Source: Chloropicon primus (taxonomy: Eukaryota). From it: 64,000 nucleotides of DNA. The stretch spans positions 372,001 to 436,000 of the forward strand of contig CP060756.1 of assembly GCA_023205875.1 (NCBI GenBank), written 5' to 3'. Positions 9,387 through 20,938 of the stretch are shown in pieces. Both the position numbers and the translations under genes were made by a program. Within the stretch, counting starts at the first letter, position 1; each line of letters starts with the position of its first letter. The notes beneath the pieces were generated by a model. The model searched no databases. It was not told where the DNA came from and worked only from the letters and a program-made list of their open reading frames with translations.

Positions 9387-11987
9387 GTGGCCTCCTCCTC
9401 CACCTCGGGCCTCGCCCCGCTCTCGGTGCGGTTCAGGGTCTCTGCAGCGGTCTCGGCGCTCCTGCAGTGCTCGAACGTGGCGTTCTGCGCCGTGCTGCTG
9501 AGCTGGCAGGCCAAGTACCCCGGCCGGTGCAGGGCGAGGAGCTGGGTGTTCAGCGTGTCCCAGATCGTGCTCTCGGTCGCGAGGCTCGCGGTGATGGCGA
9601 CGTCCGCGGTGCTAATGTACCGGGCAGCGCGGGCCGCCGCGGCCGAGGCGACGCTCTCCGCCACCAAGCGCACCAAGTCCAAGTACGAGTCCAAGGGCGG
9701 GGAGGAGAGGGACGCGCGCGCGGTGGTGGACGCCAGGTGCTCCACCCAGGTGCACTACGACAGAGTCCTGGTCCTCAACGCGTTCGTGGAGCCGGCGTTC
9801 TCCCTCGTGCAGCTCGGGTTCGCCATCGCCGTCCTCGCCCTGTTCGTGGCGAACTTCGAGGAGTGCTCCCTGCACGAGTACCAGAAGCCGTACATCGGGC
9901 TTTCCATCGCGGCGATCTGCGTGGAGTGGCTGTACGTGTGCCTCAGACTGGCGTACGGCTCGCACGTGATCACGTGGAGGGGCCTCTTCGGCTTCGAGCT
10001 CGGGCCGTGGGAGAAGCACTTCCAGGAGAGGCTGGACCACATGATCCGGTTCATGCTGTGCTGCTTCCTGCGCAAGCCGTCGTACATGTTCGTGACCACG
10101 AGCGCCCTGGGCCGGGCCCCCCACCCGGTGGCCATGGGTCTGGCCAAGATGTTCGACTTCCGGGCCTACGGCACGGCGTCCATGCTGGAGTTCTTCCGGG
10201 CCATGGACCACATCAGGAGGGAGGACACCGTTTGGTCGGAGGAGCAGAGGCGGAGGCAGCTCAAGGACCTGGTCGGCTCCCACCCGATGTCCGAGAGGCA
10301 CAGGAAGCTGCTCCTGGAGGCCTGCACGTTCGTCAGGTTCAGCTCCGCCTCCTACACCGGGGTGGCCCTGGACCTCGTGAGGATGCTCAAGCACTTCAAC
10401 CCCTTCCTGACCCTGAGGCGCCAGGAGCTCTTCCGCAGCGCCTTCTCCCCCAAGGAGAGCTCTGCCAACGCCGTCGAGAGGACGGACTCGAGTTGCATCC
10501 AGGCCAGGATCCTGGGAGACAACTTTTACGGGGGGCACACCAAGGCCTTCGCCAGGTACGCCTGCATCAAGTTCCAGGACGTCCTTGGGGGTCGCGTCGG
10601 GGCCTGCGAGGGCCAGCACATCAGGCCCGAGGGGATGTCCTCCGTCACCGGGCTGCTCTCCTACTTCGTCGTCAGGAGCCTGAAGCAGAGGACCCTCATC
10701 ATCGCCATCAGGGGGACGGCCGACATGGAGGACATCCTGATCGACCTGCACGCGTACGAGGGCGTCTGCCTCCACGAGGACGTGGGCCTTTCGAACCCTG
10801 ACTCCAAGAACCTCAAGGGCTGCGGCTGGGCCCACTTCGGCGTCCTCGAGGCCACCAGGGAGGTCTACCTGGAGCTCATGGGGGAGAACAGGAAGGACGG
10901 AATCCTTCCGAGGCTGATGAGCAGCCCGGAGTACGAGGGCTGGGCCCTCCGCGTGGTGGGCCAAAGCCTTGGGGCCGCGGTCGCCTCCCTCCTCACCCTG
11001 AGGCTCAGGAAGCGGTACCCCCACATCCACTGCTTCGCGTACAACCCCTTGCCGGTGGTCGACGCCAATGTGGTCGAGACCGTCGGGATCGAGACCTGCA
11101 AGGCCCTGGTCACCCAGCTCACGTGCAACCAGGACGTGGTTTCCAGGGTGACATTTCCTTCCGTGATGAGGCTCCACGAGAGGGTCTGCACCGAGATGAT
11201 TAAGGTGCAGCAAAACCCTTGGCAAGGCGACTGCTGCAAGCTCTGCTGCTGCCCGGACATGAGGGGGACTGGGGCGGGCTGCAACTTTGTGTGCAACCTG
11301 TTCTCCTACTGCTTTGGCCACGCGAACGACCACCTGGATGACATCTTTGACAAGCACGGCAGGACCCACAAGTCGCCATCTTACGTCATATCGACCCCAG
11401 AGGAGCTCGAGGCGAACTACAGGGCCGCCCAGACCCAGGATTCCGATCTCCAGTCCTTCCGCGTCTCCCCCAAGGTCGCGAGCAGCGCCTGGAAGCCGGA
11501 GCTGATGAGATTGGACACCAAGACGAGGAACGTGACGCCTCAGATAGGCAAGACGAACGCCTTGCTGGGCTCCCACGAGTTCAAGAGCAAGTCGTGGTGC
11601 ACCCCGCAGGACATGAACTTCCCGCTCGGGGAGGACGCCTTGAGCCCCAAATCCTTCAAGGACAGGTGGAACACCCTGAGGAACTCGACCGCGGATGTCA
11701 CGATGACTCCGCCCACTGTCGCGGACTTGAGTTTCGGGAGCCAAGAGTTGCACCAGGAGTCTCACATCGCCTTGAGCTTTGGGGGAATTCGGTTCGTCCT
11801 GTTCGGGGAGATTCTCAACGTCCTGTCCTGCAAGGACGGGGACAAGGACACTTGGTTCGCCATGCACGAGGCACCCGAGTCGTTTCAGAACATCATTCTG
11901 TGTGATTCCATGTTCGTCGACCACATGCCGTGGCACCTCGAGGCGGGGCTGCACATCATCTCGGAGCGGCTCACGCAGCCTAAATAG
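9384..11987 (+). CDS. Membrane-anchored class 3 lipase (diacylglycerol lipase-like)
   Basis: About four N-terminal hydrophobic segments, then IAIRGT, WAHFGV, the nucleophile elbow VVGQSLGAAVA, the Asp region NQDVVSRV and the His region FVDHMPWH. Confidence 0.85.
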
Positions 11988-12145
11988 TTGCCGGTCTCCA
12001 AGGCCAGCCGCTGTAACATATCTATTTTTGTTCCCCTCTCGATCAAGACAAGACAAGACAAGACCCTGGCCCTGGCCTCCTCCCATCAAAGGTCGCATCA
12101 TAACGGCAGCGGCAGCATTTCAGCTCGTCGAGCGGCAGAGCGGTG

Positions 12146-13418
12146 ATGGGAGTTGGACCGGAGGCTGGCAAGTCCCTTCCCCTAGGGAGGGCGACGGACG
12201 AGGAGATGGACGACCTCCTCCGAGCCCTCGACCAGACCAAAGAGATGAAGAAAGCAACGCGGTCCAGGCGCTTGAAGAGTGCGAGAGATCTGTTGAAGAA
12301 GTGCAGCTTGGTCGATCCGAAGGTGGATGAGACCTCGAGTCCTCCCGGCAGCGCAGTCGTCTCGGCCCAGTGCCAAGGGACGGCCGACGCCAGTTACGAT
12401 GTTCAGGTTCGGCTCAAGAGGGAAGAGGGCGAGGCTCCTTGGGTGAGCAAGCTCTCGTGTTCCTGTGTTTACTTCGAGAAAGGGGAAGCCGGGTTTTGCA
12501 AACACACCATTGCTCTACTGATGTGAGTTCATCTTTCTCCTCAACCATCGCCTCGAAACCTTTCTGACGTTTGCCCGCACCTCTGTCTGTCTGTCTGTGT
12601 GTGTCTGTGTGTGTGTTTGTGTGGCTTCAGCTGGTCGTGCGAGAACTTAGAGAAGCGTTGGAACGCTTCGGCTCAGGGGACAGGGAAGGAGGCCAAGGCG
12701 CCCAAGGAGGAGGGCAGCACCAAGGAGAAGGAGGAGGACGGCTGCATGGTTCGCCGGAAGAGTGAAAAGAAGAAGCCGCCTGGTGAATCTGAGAAGCTGT
12801 CCTCAGAGAAGGACGACGGGGGTCAGGAGAAGACCCCCTCGGAGAAGATCAACCAGATCGTTCCTGACGAGGGTGGCTGGTTCACTCGGAGGCGGAAGCC
12901 GGCGAAGGACCAGGGCGGTGACGGGGGGAGTGCGGAGAAAGCCAAGGCCGAGGCGTCTGAGCCCTCCTCGGACGTCGTGGACGACATTTTTGACGAGTGG
13001 CTGGGATTTCAGGTGAGTCTTGCGAGGCCCACCGGCGACTCGACTCGGGAGGAACTGACACAGAGAGCGGCGTCGTTCGCTTCATTCCTATCTTTCCACT
13101 TTCACAAAGACTTCCCCGGCCAAGAAGAAGAAGGCCCCCGCGGAGAAGAAGGAAAAGGTCGTCGAGAAGAAGGAGGAGGCGAAGGAGGAGATGGACGACG
13201 TCTTCGATGCATTCTTTTCCCAGAAGAAGCCCGAATCAGGCAGCGCCGCGCCCAGGGAGAGCCTGGCCAGCTTGATGCTGGCAAAAGAATCAGAGTCCCA
13301 GAAGGAGCCACCCGTAAACGTGACGAGCTGGAAGGAGGATCTCCCCAACACCACGGGCACAAAGAAAAGAAAGGTGAGCTTCAAAGAGAAGGCTCTCAAG
13401 CTCGGTTTCGTGCTTTGA
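12146..13418 (+). CDS. SWIM zinc-finger protein, 3 exons (12146-12522, 12631-13012, 13110-13418)
   Basis: CSCVYFEKGEAGFCKH fits the SWIM pattern CxC...CxH. Both GTGAGT...AG introns restore a continuous frame linking three ORF fragments. Confidence 0.8.
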
Positions 13419-13689
13419 GAAAATGTATTCTATTTTAATCCCTCCTTCTGGTGCTCGAAAGGTCACACGCACACGCATCATCGGAGGGACTCCATCATCG
13501 CGACTGCTGTTGCAAGCCAGCGCCACCTCCCTAGACAGTCCCTTCCACCCTTTGCCTTGATTGGTTCAAAGCCTCTCTCTCTTCCACTTTGTCACCTTGG
13601 TTTGCTTCCTTCCCCTCCCCATCTTTCGCAGGGCGAGGCGAGCAGAGCACGTGGCGGCGAAGAGAGTGGGTTGACGAAGGAGAAGCGCC

Positions 13690-14929
13690 ATGGACTCAGG
13701 AAGGATGCATAGCTCGAGGGCTCGCGGCCAGCGCCTCGCGAGGTCGTCCCTCCCAATCAAGCGGACCGGCGGCGCGCGCACGACGAGGGTCCGCTGCCGT
13801 GTTGCGGCGAGACCCAGACTCAACGCCAAGACCACCATGGAGGAGCTCAAAGCGACTCGCCTCATCACCGCGCTCAAGACGCCGTACCTTCCAAAGTAAG
13901 TTCTAAAACGCTTCCACAAGATCTTCCTCCTCCACCACCGCCCCCTCGACCCTTCTGCTTCTCGACAGAGGCCATCGTACTGACTACGAACGCAATCTTC
14001 ATCTTCATCTCTTCATCTCTTCATCTGGTCATGCTCAACTTTGCGTCGTGACCATCTTGACTCCGTGCAGCGGGAAGTTCGACTTGGTGTGCTACGACGA
14101 GTTCCTGGAGGATCAGATAGAGAACGGAGTGGAGGGCGTGATAGTCGGTGGAACGACGGGAGAGGGTCAGCTGATGTCTTGGGACGAGCACATCATGCTG
14201 ATCGCGCACACGGTGAACACGTATGGAAGAGAGATCAAGGTGATAGGCAACACGGGGAGTAACAGCACGAGAGAGGCACTCCACGCGACCGAGCAAGGGT
14301 TCAACGTGGGGATGCACGCCTCCTTGCAGATCAATCCGTACTACGGGAAGACTTCGGAGGCTGGGATGAAGCAGCATTTCTTGAGAGCGATGGACTTGGG
14401 CCCTGCTATGATCTACAACGTGCCGGCGAGGACGGGCCAGGACATCACTACAGACATCATGGAGAGCATAGCCGGTCACAATAACTTCATCGGGGTCAAG
14501 GAGTGCGAGGGAAATGAGAGGATAGCTTATTACACCTCCAAGGGGATCTCCTGCTGGAGCGGCAACGACGACGAGGCCCACGATGCCCGCCACGAGGCTG
14601 GAGCCGTCGGAGTCGTCTCCGTGACCTCCAACGTGATTCCTGGAATCTTCTCCAAGCTCATGGGCGACGAGGCTCAGCCCGAGCTCAATCAGAAGGTTCA
14701 GAACCTCATCTCCTGGCTTTTCAAGGAGCCAAATCCCATTGGGATCAACACTTGCCTTTCCATGACGGGCCAGGTCAAGCCGGTGTTCAGGTTGCCTTAC
14801 GTTCCTTACAGCAAGGAGATGAGGGAAGAGGGCTTGGAGCTCTTGAAGGAGTTGGGGGCCGACGTCAAGGGCCACGAGATCATGAAGGCGATGGAGGACT
14901 CCGATTTCGTCATTCTGGACAGTTTTTGA
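13690..14929 (+). CDS. dapA: 4-hydroxy-tetrahydrodipicolinate synthase, plastid; 2 exons (13690-13895, 14071-14929)
   Basis: Transit peptide, RLITALKTPYLPNGKFD across the splice, GGTTGEG, NPYYGK, IYNVPARTG and GVKEC. Confidence 0.96.
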
Positions 14930-15250
14930 TATAAGCCAACACTAATGATGTTATGAGTAATACAACAACAACTTCAGGGTAGGTTGTGCTTCTTTGTCAC
15001 CAAGCACTGACCCCAAAGACGCTCCCGTTCCACCCATGCCACCAAGCAGGAGGACAACAGCACGGGCAACAACGGTGAGACGGAGATAGATATCTTCTCC
15101 TTCTCCTCCTAACTCAGCAGGCAGGGAGCTTTCCCATCCATCCACCAGATCTCACAGAGGGGAAGGCTCTCCAGCGGCAGGGGAGAAGAAGAGCGGAGGT
15201 CTCTTTGTCCAAGTCCAGGCTCGGCCTCGTGGGTGCTTTCAGGTTCCACA

Positions 15251-16069
15251 ATGAAGGGCACGACAGCGAACGAAAGGACTACATACACATCCCTTGTGGA
15301 GCATCCCGTCGTACACAAGCTGAAGCAGGTGGCGAGAGAGTGGAGAGATGCTTTGTCTTCGGGGTTTCAGAGCGGCAAGGGGGACGAGAGCAAGGCCAAG
15401 TGGTGGCTCCTTTTCGGCATCGTCTTCGTCTTCACGTCCGTCCTGTTCTTGCAGAACGGCGCGTCCAATTCGGGGTTGAACATGGATCGTGCTGCCGCTA
15501 TCAGGATACAGGAAGCACGCCTCGAGGCCAAGAAACACGCGGCTGACCTGGACAAGTTGAGGAGGAAGGTGAAGATCTGCAAGGACGAGAACAGGGTTTA
15601 CGTCAGCGACATCAGTCAATTGAAGATCGACATGAAGTCCATGGAGGACATCATAGCAAACAAGTCCAAGACCAACAAAGAGCTAGAGCAAGAGCTGGGG
15701 GAGAGCTTTGGCTCCAACACCGAGATTCAGCAGGCTGTCGGGAAGCTCAATTCACAAATCCAGGAGCAGGCAGAAACGATAGACCAGCGGAACTCCGATG
15801 TAGTCCAGCTGAACTCCGATATAGACCAACTGAACTCCGATCTTGAGGTAGCTCGAACGAAGTCCAACGCTTACAAGACGATCTTGGAAACGAAGGTCCG
15901 CGAGCTTGAGGACATTCAAGTGAAGATGAAGTCCTTCAAGAAGGTTTCCGACCTGCAGGAGAAGCTGATCGAGTCATTCAAGAGAAGCTGCACGAACGCC
16001 GCTCCCACTGGTGGCGGTAGTGATGACACCTCCGATGCTGGTGGTGATGCTGGTGGCGATGATGGCTGA
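15251..16069 (+). CDS. Hypothetical type II membrane coiled-coil protein
   Basis: Single transmembrane segment (WWLLFGIVFVFTSVLFL) followed by long heptad repeats. TGTAA at 16083. Confidence 0.75.
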   Translation: MKGTTANERTTYTSLVEHPVVHKLKQVAREWRDALSSGFQSGKGDESKAKWWLLFGIVFVFTSVLFLQNGASNSGLNMDRAAAIRIQEARLEAKKHAADLDKLRRKVKICKDENRVYVSDISQLKIDMKSMEDIIANKSKTNKELEQELGESFGSNTEIQQAVGKLNSQIQEQAETIDQRNSDVVQLNSDIDQLNSDLEVARTKSNAYKTILETKVRELEDIQVKMKSFKKVSDLQEKLIESFKRSCTNAAPTGGGSDDTSDAGGDAGGDDG

Positions 16070-16094
16070 GGTACATATAATCTGTAATAATACT

Positions 16095-19000
16095 TTACAC
16101 AATCCTGGACAGCGAGTCCATGAGCTTCTCCGAGTACTCTGACACTCCAGACGACGTGTTCAGCTTGCTTATCAGGTGCCCGTTAATGATCTGCCTCATC
16201 TTCTTGAAGAGCACAGCAGTCTGAGCTGGAACTCTGAGCTTGATCCAGCCGTCGATCTCTACGACGCCCCTCTCGTACACGATGTTGAAATCACCACCGC
16301 AGAAAAGCATCAGCGTGTAAGGGGTGACAACCGTGGTGTCATGGAGGTACACCTTCTTGGTCTTGATCTTCTCCAAGTAGACCAGAAACGTCGCACGGGC
16401 CGGCCCAATCCTCGTCTCCCCGTGGTTGACGGAGGAGGGGTGGCAGAACAGGGAGTCCCCGGATTCAGAGACCCACTCTCCCTGGTCCCCAAGCATCGCG
16501 ATATTCGGGTACAGGGCGGCGCAGAGGCAATTTTTCACAAAGGTTGAGTTGGCCGAAAACCGGTTGTACCTGCTCTCCGGATCGTCGACGGATCCGTACC
16601 TCTTGCTTCCCTGGATGAAGCCAATGTCCTTGAGCATGAGGACAAGCTGCTTCCTGAGGTCAGTAATCATGTACAGGGTGGCCTGACTCAGGTGTTGGCC
16701 CTTGGCGTAGGCCCTGGCCGCACCAGATCCCTTGGAACGCTTCGTTTCCAGCCAGCCGTTGTAGGCGGCCACCATGGCCAAGTGATCGGAGCATTGTCCC
16801 GAAGCGATGGTGTTGCTGTTGGAGAAGCACAAAGCAGCTTTGCAGCGATCCGCGGCGTCTCGCTCCTCGTAGGAGCTAGCAAAAGGAGTCTTGTAGCTCA
16901 AGCAAGCCGCAACCGTTAGTATGGAAGACAAGCACCCGAGAATTGTTCCGAGCAGCAGCAGCTTCCCGATTCGGCAGTCCACAGGGAGCCCGGCTAAATG
17001 GTCCCCCAACGGGGTCAGCGTCTCGTCTTCCGTGATCGCCCCGATGTTTGTCAATGCGCTCACGGCCGCATCAATGGCATGCGAGTGGGGTGGCTCGACC
17101 ATCCTGCCAAGGAATTCTTTGCAAAGGCCGAGCTGAAGCTTCCTGATGTGCAAGCAAACCTCCTCAAGAGGGACTCGCATGATTTCAGGCACAGGATGCT
17201 TTTTCATCTTCTTTGCTCTGTCGCTCGTGAAGAGGGAGAAGCAGACCCCTGGTCTGACACGTCCCGCGCGACCCTTTCGCTGCTTTGCGCTCGCCGCCGA
17301 GATCCAACCCTCGATGAGCATGCCAAGGCCCCTCGAGGCATCGTACTGCCTCTCCTTGACGTGCCCGGCATCAACGACGTACACAATGTCGTCGATCGTG
17401 ATCGAGGTCTCAGCGATGTTTGTGGCCAGGACGAACTTCCTGATCCCTTTTGGTGGGTTCTTGAAAACCCCCCTCTGCTCCTCGGGGGAGATGTTCGAGT
17501 GGAGTGGGAGCACCCATTCCTTCTTGGAAGCCTCCTTTCCAAAATGATAGGAAGAGGTAAGCTGGTCGTACATGTTGTTGATCTCTGCCATTCCTGGCAG
17601 GAAGACAAGCACCGCCCCCTCCTCAAAATTGTCATCGATGTGAACAAGAAGCTCCTGGATGAGCTCGTAGTCTATCTTTTCCTCGTTCAGACGCATGAGA
17701 TTCCTCCTCGTCTTCGACGAGTAATCAACGAAGGACTCTGGATCGTATTCTGGATTCAGAATTTCGCCCCCATCAATGTCATCGCCCCAGTTCGCTCGAA
17801 TCACCTTATCCTTCGTCTGGCTTCCCACTAGTACGTTCACGTTCTGGCTTCTCAACCTATGGCACGCGGGGTTGTCCTGGTCGAGCTGGTAATTGACCAT
17901 CTCATAAATATCTTCCAAGTAATGCTGCTCCACGGGAAAGGTTCTCCCGCCCACAGACAGCACTGGGCAATTGTCCAGATAGCTCGACAGCAACGTCGTA
18001 TCTATGGTCGCAGACATCAGAACCAGCTTGAGTGGCGCACTGTTGTCCGCGAGCCTCCTTCTGTACACAATGTCACGGACCATCGCAAGCAGCAAATCGC
18101 TCTGGACCGTTCTCTCGTGGACCTCGTCTATGACTACATGGGACACTGTGGAGAGCAAGGGGTCCCCGATGAGCTTCCTGAGCAAGATTCCCGTGGTGCA
18201 GAACAGCAGCTTTGTGTCTGAGGTGGTGGACGCATCCAACCTCACATGGTACCCCACCCTGGACCCCCTCTGACCGGGTGGAGGCTCGAGGCGCTCGGAC
18301 GCAACCCTCTCGGCCACGCTGACAGCAGCGATTCTTCGAGGCTGCGTGCACACAACAAATGTGTCTTCTCCCTTGTTCTCTTTCACCAAGTTGTCCAGTA
18401 TGAATTGAGGGACTTGAGTCGTCTTTCCAGACCCGGTCTCTCCGCAGACAATCAAAAAGTCGTTGTCTTCGAGGGCCGCGGATATCCTCTCTTTGATGTC
18501 GTTGATGGGGAGGGGGATCCCCTGGGTTTTGGACTTCTCCCTCTTCTCCAGCTCATCCAGAAGCGTCTTGTTCTTCGGACCGCGGGAAGCATTCTTCCTG
18601 GGCGCCGAACGTTCCCTTCGGCCTGATCTGCCCACCGAGTGCATGTCTGAAGTCTTTTCACATGCCGAGCTTTTGTCCAGGGAGCCCCTCGCCTGCATTA
18701 AGGAGATGAAGCTGTCGATGAATTGGTCCCTCTCTACATTTTGTTCCCCCGCGGCCACGGTGTCTTCTGCGCTCGATTCGCTTTCCCACTTCACCCACAT
18801 CTCTCGATACGGGGAGGGAATGATCCTGTACAGAGGCTGCTGGTTCGTGATTTGGAACAAAGCTTTCGCTGCAACGGCGTTCTGAGCATCCTGGATGCTC
18901 GTCCAGTTGTCCTCCTCTTCTGCGACTTCGAATCTCTTTTGTTCCATCTTTTTCTTTCGCCCCTTTACAACGGTTTGCACTTCCACCAGCACCGCGTATC

Positions 19001-20489
19001 GGTAACTGCTTGAGGAGTCCGTCTGCAGCTTCTCGTACTTTGGGTTCGGCAGCTGGCTTCTTTGGCAGTGCTGCTGCAGGAGGACTTTGGGCATCCTCAG
19101 CTGCTCGTGCTTCTTGGGCTGATCTTTCTGCGGCTTCGCCTTCAGCTTCTTCTTCGTTTCTTGGAGCCACTCCTCTGGGATCTCCTTTTCAGCGGAAGCC
19201 AGCTTCTGGACAGGGACGTAGTCGTCCTCTGCATCCTCGTCGAACATCGCACCTCCGAACACTTCTCCGTCGTCGCTGCTGTCGCTCTCCTCTCCCTTCT
19301 TCGCCTTGTCCCCCCCAGCCGGATCCGAAGACTCCATCGCTTCCAGTGCCTCAAAGCCCAATCCCAGCTCCTCCCCAGCGGCCTCGGGCTCCTCGGTGGG
19401 TTTTCGCAGCTGGGATTCGTCCGAGATCCCCAGGGCCAGGAGCTCCTCCTTGAGGTCGCGAATCATCTTTCCCGCTTCCTTCTGCTTCCCCTTGTCCCCC
19501 TCAGCTTTCGCATTGGAGGCCTCCGTCTTCGCCACTTCGAGTTCGCCTGCGATCTCGGCGATGGCTTCCTCGGGATCCTCCGGCCTCGACCGCTTCCTCC
19601 TCTCCACCTCCCTGGCGTCTGCATACACCTTCCACTGCCCGTCGTCCTCCGTTGCGTAGGGAGTGCTCGCCATCATCATGTAGTCCTCGTCCTCCTCCTC
19701 GCTCTCATCGTAAGCGCTCTCCATGTATCTCTTGATCCAATCCTTGTTCTGTGCCTCCTCCTCCTTCTTCCTCCTCGCCGCGGCTTCTCTCTGCTTTCTC
19801 AGCTGCTCCTCGGCCTCCTTCCTCTTCTGCTCCTCCAGCCTCCTCCTCCTCTCCTCCTCCTCCTTCCTCCTCCTCTCCTCCTCCTTCCTCCTCTCCCGCG
19901 CTGGCCTCTCGCCCCCCGCCTCGCTGCTCCCGCCTTGGCCTGCCTCCTCTGCTGCCCCCTTGGTGATCACCGTCACGTTCCCCGCCGATCCCACCGAAAA
20001 CGCTCCACTCGCCAGCTTCCTCGGCAGCTCGTCCGCCGCAAAGTTTATGCACAGCCAATCCAGGACGTTCTCCTTCGACACTCCAACCTCCAAGCATCCC
20101 GAGAGCCCCTCCTCGACCTGCTTCCTGGTGAACCCCAGCCTCGATACTTGATCATAAATCTCTCTCACCTCCTCCTTGAGCCTCGATCCCTTTCCCGTCA
20201 CCTCCACCACGCGAGTCTCCTCCTCCACCGTCTTCCACAACTCCGATATCGTCGACCTCAACGCAGCCTCAATCCCGAGAGAGAGGCTCACCTTGGCCTC
20301 TGCCTTCACCTTGCCTCCCTCCATCGCTGCTGCCTTGCTCCCATTCCCACTTCCGCTTCCGCTCCCTTTGCTCCCACCGAATGCGAAGTTAATCTTTCGA
20401 CCTCCGGGGGCAACAGAACCAGAACCCTTCTTCTTCCCTTGCCCTCCGCCTCCCCCTCCGCCCTTGCCCTTGCCCCGCTTGCCGCCCAT
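16095..20489 (-). CDS. DExH-box RNA helicase, DHX29/DHX57-like
   Basis: GETGSGKTTQVPQ, TQPRRIAA, IDEVHER, MSAT, ATNIAETSITI and QRKGRAGR, with HA2/OB regions and N-terminal UBA-like and dsRBD-like segments. Confidence 0.95.
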   Translation of the reverse strand: MGGKRGKGKGGGGGGGQGKKKGSGSVAPGGRKINFAFGGSKGSGSGSGNGSKAAAMEGGKVKAEAKVSLSLGIEAALRSTISELWKTVEEETRVVEVTGKGSRLKEEVREIYDQVSRLGFTRKQVEEGLSGCLEVGVSKENVLDWLCINFAADELPRKLASGAFSVGSAGNVTVITKGAAEEAGQGGSSEAGGERPARERRKEEERRRKEEEERRRRLEEQKRKEAEEQLRKQREAAARRKKEEEAQNKDWIKRYMESAYDESEEEDEDYMMMASTPYATEDDGQWKVYADAREVERRKRSRPEDPEEAIAEIAGELEVAKTEASNAKAEGDKGKQKEAGKMIRDLKEELLALGISDESQLRKPTEEPEAAGEELGLGFEALEAMESSDPAGGDKAKKGEESDSSDDGEVFGGAMFDEDAEDDYVPVQKLASAEKEIPEEWLQETKKKLKAKPQKDQPKKHEQLRMPKVLLQQHCQRSQLPNPKYEKLQTDSSSSYRYAVLVEVQTVVKGRKKKMEQKRFEVAEEEDNWTSIQDAQNAVAAKALFQITNQQPLYRIIPSPYREMWVKWESESSAEDTVAAGEQNVERDQFIDSFISLMQARGSLDKSSACEKTSDMHSVGRSGRRERSAPRKNASRGPKNKTLLDELEKREKSKTQGIPLPINDIKERISAALEDNDFLIVCGETGSGKTTQVPQFILDNLVKENKGEDTFVVCTQPRRIAAVSVAERVASERLEPPPGQRGSRVGYHVRLDASTTSDTKLLFCTTGILLRKLIGDPLLSTVSHVVIDEVHERTVQSDLLLAMVRDIVYRRRLADNSAPLKLVLMSATIDTTLLSSYLDNCPVLSVGGRTFPVEQHYLEDIYEMVNYQLDQDNPACHRLRSQNVNVLVGSQTKDKVIRANWGDDIDGGEILNPEYDPESFVDYSSKTRRNLMRLNEEKIDYELIQELLVHIDDNFEEGAVLVFLPGMAEINNMYDQLTSSYHFGKEASKKEWVLPLHSNISPEEQRGVFKNPPKGIRKFVLATNIAETSITIDDIVYVVDAGHVKERQYDASRGLGMLIEGWISAASAKQRKGRAGRVRPGVCFSLFTSDRAKKMKKHPVPEIMRVPLEEVCLHIRKLQLGLCKEFLGRMVEPPHSHAIDAAVSALTNIGAITEDETLTPLGDHLAGLPVDCRIGKLLLLGTILGCLSSILTVAACLSYKTPFASSYEERDAADRCKAALCFSNSNTIASGQCSDHLAMVAAYNGWLETKRSKGSGAARAYAKGQHLSQATLYMITDLRKQLVLMLKDIGFIQGSKRYGSVDDPESRYNRFSANSTFVKNCLCAALYPNIAMLGDQGEWVSESGDSLFCHPSSVNHGETRIGPARATFLVYLEKIKTKKVYLHDTTVVTPYTLMLFCGGDFNIVYERGVVEIDGWIKLRVPAQTAVLFKKMRQIINGHLISKLNTSSGVSEYSEKLMDSLSRIV

Positions 20490-20938
20490 CGTCCCGACAG
20501 CTACTTGGCGCCAACTGGCACTCTTATCTTTTTTCGATCGATCGATCGCGCGCGAGGGAGAGAGGGAGAAGAGAGGACTGTGGGCGAGGGGCGGGAGGGC
20601 GGGTGAGGACGGGGGAGAGTACGGCGGAGGGAAGCGTCTTGTCGCGAGCTTTCGAAAGAGCTCTTGCTCCAAACGAACGACGTACTGAGGAGGATTTTGG
20701 ACGAGGAACGACTCGTTCGACGAAAAGGGAGGCAGAGAGAGAGGGGGGGAGGGAGAAGAGGGAGGGAGCGCGCGTTGGGACGGTGAGATCGAGGCGGAGA
20801 AGGGCGCGTCCGTTTGATTCGCCTGTTTCTCTTTCGAAAGAGCCGTCGCTCGAAGGAAACGACCGAGGATTGAAGAGGAAACGAATCCCTCGAGGAAGGA
20901 GACTGAATTGAAGGTGAGGTGGCGTTGTCGTGACGAAG

